From the human T2T-CHM13v2.0 reference genome, Homo sapiens, in the NCBI RefSeq assembly GCF_009914755.1, contig NC_060936.1: DNA of 64,000 bases, one strand, 5' to 3'. The translations under genes and the position numbers were made by a program. Every line of letters starts with the position of its first letter. Positions within the stretch are counted from its first letter, which is position 1. Below the pieces are notes generated by a model. The model was given only the letters and a program-made list of their open reading frames with translations, made no database searches and was not told the origin of the DNA. Positions 43,777 to 57,945 of this stretch are shown one piece after another.

Positions 43777-44087
43777 AGACAGGGTCTCATTCTGTCACCT
43801 AGGGTGAAGTACAGTGGTGTGATCACAGCTTAGCGCAGCCTCAAACCCCTAGGCTCAAGTGATCTTCCCACCTCAGCCTCCCTTAGTAGCAGGAACTGAC
43901 TACAGGCACATGCCACCATGCTGGGCTAATTTGTATTGTATTGTATTGTACTGTACTGTACTGTATTTGTAGAGATGGAGTCTCAGTATATTGCTTTGGC
44001 TGATCTCAAACTTCTGGCTTCTAGTGATCCTCCCACCTTGGCCTCCCAAAGTGCTGGGATAACAGGTGTGAGCCAATGTACCTGGCC
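43777..44087 (-). mobile_element. AluJ with a (TATTG/TACTG)n expansion in the linker
   Basis: Antisense J dimer; pentanucleotide run 43931-43968. Confidence 0.85.
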
Positions 44088-45687
44088 TCTTCTAATTTCC
44101 AGTTTTTGTTTCTAAAAACTGAATATCACATGGTACCTAATATTAGCAAATGAGGAAATGGAAGCAAAGGAAGTGTGAACTTTCTTTTGTAGTAGTCAAC
44201 TTTTGGCTTAATGTTTTGGGAATATAGTTCTGTGGAACATTTCTCTGCTTTTACAGTGGTGGAATAGTAGGATTCACTGTGTAGCTAACCTTGAAATACT
44301 AATTCCATAAAATAAAGGATATACATAATAAGAATCTGTTTAGCAATAGGGTAAATAAGCACTAAGGTGGTATTCTCATACTAGGGAAAATGTTTGCTTT
44401 ATTACATCAGCAAATAATGTGTTCCACAAGTTTTGATTTATTATTTTAACTGTATAGGTGGTCTTACATCTAAAAAAGAATACCTCTTAAAAGACTTGTA
44501 GTACAGCATATAAGTTATATTAGACATGGAACTATGTTTCTGCCAATAACTCGACATTTTGAGGACAGATAGCATCTCATTTCCAATTTGAGATTGGGTA
44601 CAAAAATATCCTAGGGCTGAGAATAGGCATAGTAAATTGCACCAACACAAACCTTTTGTGTATTTGTAGTGGAGGAAAAGTCTACATTGAGTTTGCGTGG
44701 AAAAATGTCATAAAAGCTCTTTATGCTTTTAACCAGTAGATTGGACCTCATTTTGTGATGATTACTTTGTATGATTAGTTTCCAATGCAGATTCCAAGAA
44801 TGTTTCTGCACATGAGTTCCTTGTCTTTTTTCTGTTATTTTCACCTTTGGTTGATTGCAATCCACCCCCGACCACCATTTCTTGTTCAAGAAGTGTTTCA
44901 TTAGTTTTTCTTCTCTTATTTTTATTTTCATGTTTTCTTTAATGTTTTTATACTAACCTAAAAATTTCTCCTAGTGCTTTAAAAAATTATGAGACAGTAA
45001 AGTTGTCTTTGGATGTTTTTTATTTTTACCCGAACACTATTTGAGTTGGCTTGCAAGACATGCTTATATTGCATAAATTTCTGTTCATGGGGAAGAGTCA
45101 CTTTGAGCATTAACACTTCTGGGAATTGTTTCAAAATTTAGTTTATTGTCTTAATGTTAATAAGAGTTCCAGAAGTCTGGTTGGGGTTTGTTTTTGTTTT
45201 TTGTTTTTTGTTTTTTCCCCTATATCCCCAAAGACTATATTTGATTTTGTTTTAATTGGGTCCTGTAATACTTAATTGGTTTGATCCTGGATCCTTCATA
45301 AGCTATAATTACTTTTAGTAGTCTCTTGAATTTATCCAGTATTTTAGAATAATATCACAAATACAGTTAGGCAGATAAATTTGGGAAGTACTGATATGTA
45401 TTCTGTTTTTTTTCTTTTCTTTTCTCATCTGACTGATAACGTATTATTTAAATATATAGCAAAATCCAGAGAGAGAGAGTACTCATTCTCCCTAATATCC
45501 CTTATCTTTTCAAATGCTTTTATAGCATTTGAAAGATTCTTTTAGATCCAGTTCGGTGTCTACTTCTTCTTTCAAGCCCTCTATTATCTTCCCCTTCTCT
45601 AAATTTACAATTTCGTAGTTTACTTCTTAGTCATTTCTCTGTTTTGTATTGTTCATGAATTGTTTTAATGTCTTAATATTGGCAGCC

Positions 45688-46104
45688 TTCTATGGTTTGA
45701 ATGTTTGTCCCCTCCAAAACTCATGTTGAAACTTAATCCCCAATGTGGCAATATTGAGAGGAAAAGCCTTTAAGAAGTGGTTAGGTCATGAGGGCTCTGC
45801 CCTCATGAATAGATTAATACATTCATGGATTAATGGATTAATGGGTTATCACGGGAATAGGACTGGTAGCTTTATAAGAAGAGGAAGAGAGACCTGAGCT
45901 AGCATGCTCAGCCCCACCATGTGATGCCCTCTGCTGCCTCAGGACTCTGCAGAGAGACCCCACCAGCCAAGAAGGCTCTCACCAAATGCGGTCCCTCGAC
46001 CTTGGGCTTCCCTGCTTCCATAACTGTAAGAAATAAATTTCATATCTTATAAATTGCTCAGTTTTAGGTATTCTGTAATAAGCAACAAAAAACACACTAA
46101 GACA
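45688..46104 (+). mobile_element. MST-type MaLR solo LTR, sense to the host transcript
   Basis: ctatggtttgaatgtttgtcccctccaaaactcatgttgaaacttaatcccc...aataaa...ctaagaca; 5-bp TSD cagcc (45683-45687 / 46105-46109). Confidence 0.9.
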
Positions 46105-46671
46105 CAGCCCTACTACAACATACTTCTTACCCCCTCTCCTACACTAGTCAATTTCAAACTCCTTGAGTGCAGGAGGAGTATGCCTTTCTTTCTGTCATGT
46201 TCCGACACATAATAGGCACTCAGTGATAAATACTTGGCATTTTTTTTGGTTGTTATATCTCTGACTATGTTTCTGTCCTGTTATATGGGTGTGCAATGTA
46301 AATAATAAGACAAATATTATTTTAATCTTTTTAAGCTTTTATAATACTTGTTTAATTGTTTGCAAATTTGTTTTATAGTTGACACATGAAATCCAGCAAC
46401 TCTGTGTTGTAGATCAACAGAGCCCATTAGTACTGCTGGGAAAGGAAACCAAGGCCTCATAGCTTTTCTCTTCATATGAAAAGAACTTCATTAATTTTTA
46501 AAAAATTTAATAGACTGTGATGTAGTTTTAATCTCATGGTTTTAATCTTGTGTTTTTAAGCATTTTCCTTTTCTGGATGAGGTTCTTGGTTTTGACTGTG
46601 TAGAAGTATGTTAATTCGATTATATTTAGTTGATGAATTTGTGCCCCTAAGTATGGTACTTAAAAAGTTGC

Positions 46672-47030
<359 letters not shown>

Positions 47031-48349
47031 TTACTGTTTTCTTTGCATATTTATTCCTGTGTGTATTTTTCTGTGAGGTAGCCTTTCAGTCTGTCCATTT
47101 GTATCATTTGACATTCAGACTTAAATCAACTCTACTATTGCTGGTGTTTACAAATGCTAGTCATTGAAAATGTCAAAATTTGGATTTGACCCAAGAGTTG
47201 CAAATAATGTAAGCTTTTATAAAATATATCCAAATATCTATTCTTAGGGAGAAAGAGAGAAAATACGGCATTTAAGGAGTGGTTTTTAACAGTTAGGCTT
47301 TAGAATTGCTACATTCCCAAAGTATTTCTCTAGTGAATGACATACCAGTTAATGAATTGTTCTACAAGAAAGGCATCTATTATGATTGGCCTCACTATTA
47401 CTGGAAGTCCTAAGAATTAACAGAAATTAATAATGATAGTTGGAAAAAATGTATACTCTGTAGACAATTTTAGATCTTTTAAACAAAATCTTCTGGTTAC
47501 CTTTCTAAATTAAATTTGTATTTTAAAATTAAAATGATATTTGTACATGTGTAGTTTAAAAAGTCAAATTGTATTACAAGGCTTATGAAAACAGTTCCCC
47601 ATCTCTCTTCACCTCCAATTACCAATCTTTACAAGGCAGTCAGTTTCCGTTCTTTTAGTTATTTGTTCTGATATTTGTCTTCATTTTTCTAAGTCAGTTA
47701 TTCTGCTTTTTGTTGGGTTTTCATTTTAGATAGTAGCTACTGACTTCCATCTAAGAAGGATGAAGATTAGTTATCTTAATCTCTCTACTGCCCACAGGCT
47801 TTTATACATACTTCCCTTTTTCTCATCTTTATAGGGTATCAGATTTTGGGGGTAGTTTAGTGTTTATTAAGACTATGCAAATATTTTTCACAACTGAGTC
47901 ACAAAATTCACTAATTATATTTTGTTTTTCCAGATAATTATCCCAGTTTAAAATTTTTTTCTTGTTATTAATTCATTTACAATTATTTAACAAATCTGAA
48001 ACAGCTCTTAATATGGTTGGACACATTAAGTAATCTGTCATCTCCATTTTCTCCTGGGAGATAGTCTACTGCATCCTGAGCAGAATTTCACATAATTTTC
48101 CTCTTTTTCAGTAAGACATTTTGTCTTGCTTCAGTTGTGACTTGTGTTCCTAAGATTGGGGTCTCTCATTCACCCTCTCCAGAGATGCATCTCCAGACTC
48201 TTATCAGGGATAGGGAGAAGATTGGTTTTCAGGGGGAGGCCACTTATAAGAATTTTCAGCCAGTCATATGGTTTCCAGCCCCATCCTGTGTTTTGTCTTC
48301 ACTGTCCCTACAATACCTAAATCTTTCCAGCATGAGTCAACTTGCTGCT

Positions 48350-48580
48350 GCTTTTTTTGTTAAATTGTGGTAAAATATAATAACAAAATTTACGGCTACA
48401 ACCATTTTAAAGTGTACAGTTCCATGGTATTAAGTACATTAGTGTGCAATAATCACCACTATTCATCTCCAGAACTTTTTCATCATCTCCAGCTGAGACT
48501 CAGCACCCATTAAGCAGTAACTCCCCATTTCCCCCTCCCTAGCTCTTGGCAACCATTATTCTACTTTCTGTCTTTATCAG
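48350..48580 (-). mobile_element. L1MB-like 3' end fragment
   Basis: ttgtggtaaaatataa...aaccattttaaagtgtacagttc...tccagaactttttcatc. Confidence 0.7.
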
Positions 48581-51500
48581 CTTGCTTCCTGATGGCTTCT
48601 CCCTGTCAGGTTTAGGTTTCAACTTTCTTGGTCTTGATAGGTTATTCTTTTCCTTTTCTAGCTTCCAAAATGATGTTGATGACTCTCATTTGCTGTTGTG
48701 TCTTTCCCAATTCTCCTCATCCTTATGGGCTTTATACTTCTAAAAACTCCTATAACTTTTTAAAGCGAGGTCTCAGGAAGGGTCAGTCATGCTTTACATC
48801 CACCTTTCCCCTCCCAGCCCTCATTCCTTTGTTATTGTTTTTAAATTTAGGTTTATTTTATTAAGAATTTATTGGGAATTTACAGGTATGCCAAACAAAG
48901 GCAATTTTAACAGCCATGTTAGCTATAAAATTAAGTGTGATAAATGGACTTGTCACTGGCTTCTATTGTGTTTGTAGGGGTTTGATTCTGCAGATCTGTG
49001 GCAATCTCTAGCCCCCTCTTTCTCTCCCTAGCATACCTCATGTGGTGCCAGCTGTCCTAAGCCATATTCTGTGCTTCTGCTGCAGCACTTTTCATAGTGA
49101 TAACCTGACCCATCTGTGGAGAATGATTTTGAGAGAGAAACTTATAGCCAGACACATTAAAAGTCTGTTATTCAAGTTACAATTGAGCTGTTTCCTTTCT
49201 GTGCAACTTCTCTGAGTGCCCTCGGTAGAGTTAATTACTCCTTCTGTGTCTTGACACTTGTGAATAATTCTATTTTATTCTGTCTCCGTTACATCTGTCT
49301 CTGTACGCTAGATATCTGTATTACAAGATCTGCCTCTTTCTTCCCTAAACTGTTTTCAAGGTTTGAAAAATACATATTCTGATACAGTTCTTGGCCCATG
49401 ATAGATAATAAATAATTATTTACTAAATAAATAATCCATCCAAATTGATTGAACACCCTATTTTCTGGCAAGCGTATTGTCATTGTACCCTTTATCACTA
49501 ACGTCCACTGAAAGCTGTGCCAGAAACTGTATTTGCTTTTGCTTGTTACTTGGAGTCAATAATGTGTAGTGATTAGGCGTGTGGCCAGAATGTCTTGGTT
49601 CAAAGAAACAAGCAAGTTTCTTTATCTTCTGTTTCTTTGCCTGTGAAATAGAGACAATAATAGCTAGCATGGAATGTGGTGAACATTAAATTAATACATC
49701 TAAAGTGCTAGCTCAATACCCTGCACATTGTCTTTATAGTGAATCTGTTTTTCATCTTTATGGGATACCTGCTATAATAACATTAGTACCTGTGAATAAA
49801 AATCAATGTAAAATGAAAAATCTAGTTAGTATTTAAAAGATTTAGCCCTTTGAAGCTCTTTGAACATGTTCTGAAATTATCTTCGTGGACAGTGTGCCAT
49901 TTAGATAATAAACTGGGAGAAGTAGTATCTTTCAGTGTTACATACCTACTAAAATACTGTATTCTTTAAATATACTATAAGGTATCCAACTCTTTTAAAC
50001 ATATAGAGATACTTTGAATGGCAGTGCCAGTACTTGTGCTTTTTTTCTCCCTGAGGAGGGTTTTATGCAGCCCATCAGTAAATTTGATATTTGGCATCAT
50101 TTGTCTTCTCATTTGAGAACCTGCAGGATTTAATTCTCCCCTCAGAGACTGTGTGCTAAGGGAAGGGAAACCTCCATCATTCATTAAGCAGTCAATGAAT
50201 ACTTGCTTATGTACTAGATGTTTTGGACACAAGGGAGAATAAGACACAGTTGTTTTCCTAAAGGGACCATCATCTCTTCATCATTTCAGTAGTAATAAAA
50301 TCAAATGTTCCGGCTGAATGTGTGCACACTCTTTGACCCAGAATTCCATTGATAATGTTTTATAAATGGAATAAAAATGTACAGAAGTGTGTGTAGAAAG
50401 TGTTCATCAAACTGTTAATTATAAAAGCAATAAAAATATCAGTTTTAGTATATTCATTATATTTCCCACAGTTTCAATTAGAAACGTGATATTACTTAAT
50501 TAAAATTTTGTTTTAAAAAAACTCTGAACTGGTGGATTTACATGGAGATGAATAGAGGATTAGGTCAGTCGTTGAGTTCTATGATCCATTACAAAGGAAT
50601 GGTAAACTGCTCATATCCGTGTTAGGGCCCCCATTTCTTACTATATATACGACTGGCTAGTTGGTTATTGAAAATTCTGTAAATCTTGTTTCTTTTCTTC
50701 CATCTATAAAATGGGCACAGTGTTAGTAGTTATGAAGTTTGTTTTGAGGATTAAATGAACAATGTATGTAACCTAAAAACAAAAAATACCTCAGTAAATA
50801 TTGGCTGCTCTTATTGTTCCTGTTTTTCTCTATACTCTTTATCTGTTTAATGAGTTTTCTCTGCAGCTTTTGTTCAGTCAGTCTCAACCAGGGATGACAG
50901 TGTTATATTTAATCTGACAGCTCCCATTGCTTTGTAACAGAGGTTTCTGAAGCCTTTGCCAGACTCCACAGAGCTGTCACCTGTTACCTGTGTCTGCCAA
51001 TTTTGAAGGACGAGAAATAGCAGTACATGTGTCTTAGGTTTGCCTTCCTTGCTGTAAACCTTTTATCTCTTTATACACACCCTCCCTCCCTGTTCTCTTT
51101 TGGGTTTCATGTACTTTTTGATCTTGCACCTTATTTTAATAGGAGTCTGTTAGCTCATCTCTTTTTGGCGGGGGAGGGGAATATTTTGACTGTTACTGTT
51201 ATTTCATAGCATAAATTACTCTTTATAACAGGGTAGTAATTCAGAGCTAGCCTTAGGACCTTTTTAGCTCTGCTTCTTCTAGGCTTCTCATAAAACACAA
51301 ATATAGCTAGTTTGTAAGACTTATTTGTGCAAGCCTCATTTAAGAAAGAAGACCTGGATCTTGTATGAACTTTTTCCTTTTATTCCCTTGAGTAGAAAGC
51401 TCACACTACATTTAGTATAAGAATCAAATGCAGAAGAACTTTTTTCTAAGGGATTGTGGTATCTTTATAAGGTGAGTGGATTGTGACCAGAAAAGAATTT

Positions 51501-53482
51501 TTTTTGTTGAGTTGCATACACTTAAATTCATGGTGTTTAGGTATATGTTCTGAGGGCATGCAGTAAATAACAACTTGTATATTATAATTGATGGTTAAGA
51601 AATAGCCCTTGGCACATATGCAAAAATGATTTTACTTTATAACACATCCCGGGCATTACCTAGAAATGAACTTATAGACACTATAAAAAGTTTTCACTTT
51701 CCTTGATGGCTTTTTCTGTACTGATGGGTCTAGAGTATTTATGAATTATCATAAATCAGAACGTTATGTTAAAAAGAATACAAACAGTTGAAATCACTTG
51801 CTTTGGATTTAGTATTTTCTTGTTATTTTAAATTCAGGAATCATGCCATATGGTATTCAGTTAACTTCATTTCAGTTAACTTTATTTTGAAGGGCAAAAG
51901 GAAGATGTCTTAATGACATCATTCAGCTAGGAATCAGAAGATAAGTTCCTTGGGTAAGTTGCTCAACTCTCAAGGCCTCAGCCACTTGTAAGGTGTAATG
52001 TAGCTCTAATGCATGAGCATGAACCTTGAAATTCTGTGACTTCTCCCCCCGCCCCCAAATCTCTGGCAAAGTTTGGGGTTTGTTTTTTTTTTTTTGACCT
52101 TTTAATACATTGGATGTACATTAACAACAATATACCTTTCCAAATTCTTCTTTCTTTTTTCCTAAATTTTAATCTGAAAAGATTTGCTTTTTTAAACTCT
52201 CTTTTTTTTTAGGTTGGCAGTCAACAATCACCTTTTTAAAAACTATGCTTGATTTTGTTCATATATATATATTTTATTCATTAAAACATAGTTTCAACCC
52301 CATATGGTAACTGGCTCCTGAGAATAGGGAAACTAGTCCCCAAGCTTCAGCCTCCCCACAAACCTTGTATCAACATTTTTACTGATGAGTAATAAAATTA
52401 ACAGATTTGAGCTGTAACATTCTGAACACTGGAAAAAGCATTACTGAACTGTAAAGTAGACCTGCAGAGAAATCTGGCAGAGGAGGAGGAGTGTGCGTTA
52501 GCCTGTGACAATGAGGCACTGACTTACTATGCACTATTTTAACAGAGAATTGAATAGTTTTGCTATTTAGATATTTTACTGAGTTATTTTTTTAAACAAA
52601 AGAGGAATATATATGGTTTTCTGATAATAATTAAAAATTTTTTGACCTAAAAATGACCCTTGGGGGTGGGGCTCCTCAAGTGTAAAGCTCCTGCTGGGAA
52701 GAAAATTGTTGGGAATACATAGGTTGGTTTTAGGCATGGTGGAATCATTTGTTACCTCAATGAAAGCTACTCCTTGGATAGAGTTGTTTTCCTGTGATAT
52801 CACTTCTCCTTGACAGTGTTCCTTTGAAATAAATCTAAATCTGCCTAGATATTTCTCACTTTCTAAATTAAGAAAATAATTATCTATAATTTATAAAAAT
52901 AAAATTCGAAGTCTTCCCAGGATAAATCCATTGGTTAAAAGCAAACAATACTTTTTGAGTTTCTTTGGAGAGATGGAAAATTGCTTTTTTTTTTCTGTGT
53001 GGGTGAGGCAGGTGAGAATAGATTTCGCCCCTGCATGATGTCAATCAGAATTTTTGGTTAGTAAAAACCAAATCAAATATGTTTTAAAAGGAAATTGGGT
53101 AGAGCTCAGTGGCTTATCAAATTGTTGTGAGGGTTGGAGAACCAGATTCAGGGCTAAGCAACCAGAAACAATGCTCCAAATCACATTGCATAATTCCCAT
53201 GAGGATGCCAGTACCATCTAGAGACAGACGGATGGATGCCACAACCTGTCCCAGCAACACTGCTGGCTCTGGATGACTCTAAATGCTGCCACCTCTGCCC
53301 TAGACTTGACCTTGCTGAAACTGCTCCACCATTAGTGTGAGAATGAGCTCCTTCTGCTCTCTGCTTCTGCTCACTAATTCGCTACTCTGGGATGCACATG
53401 TGTGTTTGGCAAAACATGTATCCTAGATGTATGGGACATGTGGGAAAGTGTTTAACCTTCTGCAATTATAAGACGGGAGGAT

Positions 53483-53775
53483 GGCCAGATGCAGTGGCTC
53501 ATGCCTTTAATCCCAGCACTTTAGGAGGCTGAGGTGGGTGGATCACCTGAGGTCAGGAGTTCTAGACCAGCCTGGCCAACATGGCGAAACCCCATCTCTA
53601 CTAAAAATACAACACTTAGCCAAGCGTGTTGGTGTGTGCCTGTAATCCCAGCTACCTAGGAGGCTGAGGCAGGAGAATCATTTGAACCTGGGAGGCGGAG
53701 GTTGCAGTGAGCTAAATCACACCACTGCACTCCAGCCTGGGCAACAGAGTGGGACTGTGTCTCAAAAAAAAAAAA
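53483..53775 (+). mobile_element. AluS inserted into an old MaLR-like LTR (~53040-53890)
   Basis: Full dimer; imperfect TSD aagacgggagga / aagatgggtgga. Confidence 0.9.
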
Positions 53776-55123
53776 GATGGGTGGAGTTCTCAAGAACTCC
53801 AAGCTGTAGAACCAGTGTTTTACCTTCTGAAATCATATGGCAGGAGAAGTTCAAGCAGACAAAAAGAATAATAGATGTTCACTGCACCTGATGTTTCAGA
53901 TAAAATGTGAAGCCCTCAATATGTGCCACCATGCTAAATGTTATACAAGAATTATCTGTGTCATCCTCACAACAAACTTGTTAGTTTCATTTTAGAGATT
54001 AAAAGATAGACCAAGAGCAGGTAACCTGCCCAAGATTGTACAGTTAGTGATAGCAGTGTTGGGATATAAATTCAGAGCTATGACTCCAAAGCCAGTGCTA
54101 ACTACTTAATTAAACTGACTTTTAATGTCTTTTCTGTCCTGATGCATTTAGCTCAAAATTCTGTAAATGAATCTGTTAGATTGAACCTACTATGTTTATT
54201 AAGATTTTGTGTATGGCATGTTTATGTGTTTAGGTAGTTTAAGGAAAGCTGAAAGTTTCTGGCTTTAATTTTTTCTATTTTCAGCTGATGATTAAATAAT
54301 TTCTTATTCTTTTTCTCACTTTGTGACTATTTTTATAATTCACTTTGCCTCAGACTACAACCTGATAAAATGCTTTGTTTCTGAATATCAGTGCTTAGAA
54401 ATGAGTTACTGAGTGTGAGAGACAGGCTGACATAAAAGGAGAGGGGATATAGAGTGACCGAGACTGAGGGAGGAAGGGAAAAACATCCCTCGCGCTCTCT
54501 TGCTGTCTCTCTCTCTCACACACATACACACACTCACACCCACTCCTCGAGAGGGAGAAACAAAGACAAATACATGTGGAAGAGAGGGTATGCACACACA
54601 TTACCCTGAAAGCAACATTTTTAATCTTTTGTTCCCTCTAATGGTGGGTTGAAAAACAATTAAAATTTTCCCTTTCTGTATCAGGAAAGTCATTGAGGTC
54701 TTTTTTTTTTTTTTTAAGTTTGAATCTGTGCTTTCCCTAGAGTAAACAGTAGATCTTAAGCCTCTCTACCAGTTTACATTTTATATTGGTTTATGTATTT
54801 TTAGTTTGACCGCCCCACCCCCACCCCCACACACTGCAAAAGGTGTCATATCTAGGAGAAATAAACAAGAACTGTTATTTAACCCCGGGAAATATCCAGC
54901 TTGGTTTGGGCAAGAGGAAATGGTAAAGACAAACTCCCATAGTTTCTGTGATGTCAATTAAGCTGGAGTATTTATTCGTAAACCACCTCTCGTTAATTAT
55001 TACTTTAGTACAAGTCTGTCCTACAGATTTTTCTATACTTCCCAAACAGTATTTCATAATAATGTTATTTTATTCACTTGTGCCTTTAAGACTAAATGGG
55101 CAGATATATTTTTGTAAAAGTGA

Positions 55124-55540
<417 letters not shown>

Positions 55541-55861
55541 TAAATATCCATGAAATTAAAAGTGATTTGTGTTCTGTTTAAATATTAAATTGTCAACATT
55601 GAGTATACTATACCTTTTGTCCTTATCTCCATCTGATCTTTCCTAGCATATAACTTTTAATATGAGAAATGTTATTTCTTTATAATTTTTTTGTTTTAAT
55701 CCAGTACTAGCTGTATAAAATGGATTTTTGCATAAAAGCAGTTGATGTTATATATTCTTCTATTCTGCCACTTTTAAGATTTATGCTTCTTATACAAACT
55801 TTTTAGTGAATCAGTTTTGAAATGAGCAGTAGTCCATTTTTGAAAACAGTGTTGGCATATA

Positions 55862-56393
55862 TAGACTTAGGATCCCTAATCCAAAAATTTGAAATCTGAA
55901 ATGCTCCAAAATTCAAAACTTTTTGAGCACCAACATGATGCTACAGTGAAAATTTCACATCTGACCTCGTGTCATGGGCTACAGTGAAAACACAGGCACA
56001 CAACACACAGCTTATTCATCCTCCACAAGGGAAAAAAGACCCTCCCAGCCCTCACAGCTGTAGTTACCTTTTCTGTGTGCAGAATGATGATAGTGCTAAA
56101 CCACCACAGATTGTCCACGTGGGTGGCTGAGATAGCAACACCTTTGCTTTCTGATGGTTCAATGTATATACAAACTTTGTTTCATGGGCAAAATTATTTA
56201 AAATGTTGTATAAAATTACTTTCAGCTTATATGTATAAGGTATATATGAAATGTAAATGAATTTCATGTTTAGACTTGGTCTCATTCCCAAGATATCTCA
56301 TTATGTATATGCAGATATTCCAAAATCTGAAAAAACTGTGAAATTCGAAACACTTCTGGTTTCAAGCATTTTGGATAAGGGATACTCAACCTG
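55862..56393. mobile_element. Tigger4/Zombi-family internal-deletion derivative
   Basis: atccctaatccaaaaatttgaaatctgaaatgctccaaaa...ggataagggatactcaacctg-TA. Confidence 0.8.
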
Positions 56394-57346
56394 TACATTT
56401 TTTTTTTTTTAATCTTTAGGGGCATTTGCCAATGGTGAATCTAACTAATCATCTAGATAAGAAATGGTGTGTGAGGCCAAAGCAGTGATCCACTGACCCT
56501 AGACTGTCCTAAAGAGCCACACCAAGGAAACAGATTTCTTACTGGAATTCTGCCATTCCTAAAGGGCACATGGCCATTTCTAATTTCCTTTAACTCATAA
56601 TTCATGCATTTATTTAAACTCTTCAGCATTGCTGTCGGTTCTGATTCATATTTAATACATGTATGTTATACATGTATTAAGCTAAAATGTCCTATAAATT
56701 TGTTGGAATGTGTAATTCTGGGGGGAAAAACATTTATATTGCGAACTTGAGTTCTTTCCTTGCTCATAAGCTACTTCATTTTCTTTACCTGTAAAATATA
56801 AAATGATTTCACAGGCATTTTCCCCCCACTCTAAAAATATGTTGTAATGTGGCAAATTTATAGGGCTTGTCTTTTTTCCTCTTCTTCTTAGCATTTTTTT
56901 CCTATATTGCATTTATATATAAAATATTAAGCATTTTTTTTATGTATAAGGAATGAGGCACAAGTTAGGGAGGACCACTGAATTCATTTGGCTTATCTTA
57001 ACTAAGTTTTGTGGATTTCATGAGAAACACTATTTCACAGCAGTAGTTCAGAGAAAACAGGTATAGCTTGTCTTGAGTGCTTTGAGATATGGATTTATTG
57101 AAGACCTCTTCATGAAACATGAATTCTACTTCTCAATTTGTTGGAAACTGGTTGAACACGTTGGTGATTCCTTCTTTGTCTTTTGTACAATTCCCACTTA
57201 TGAGAAATTACCTTAGAATTTAGTTGTGGGAAAATTTGTCTCTATATCCTGTACACTCCTGAAAAATATTTAGAGCCTACCAGAACTACTGACAAATGAA
57301 GATAGTGTTTTCCTTCTGACAGATAAAGGCAGATTTTTTTTTTTTA

Positions 57347-57945
<599 letters not shown>

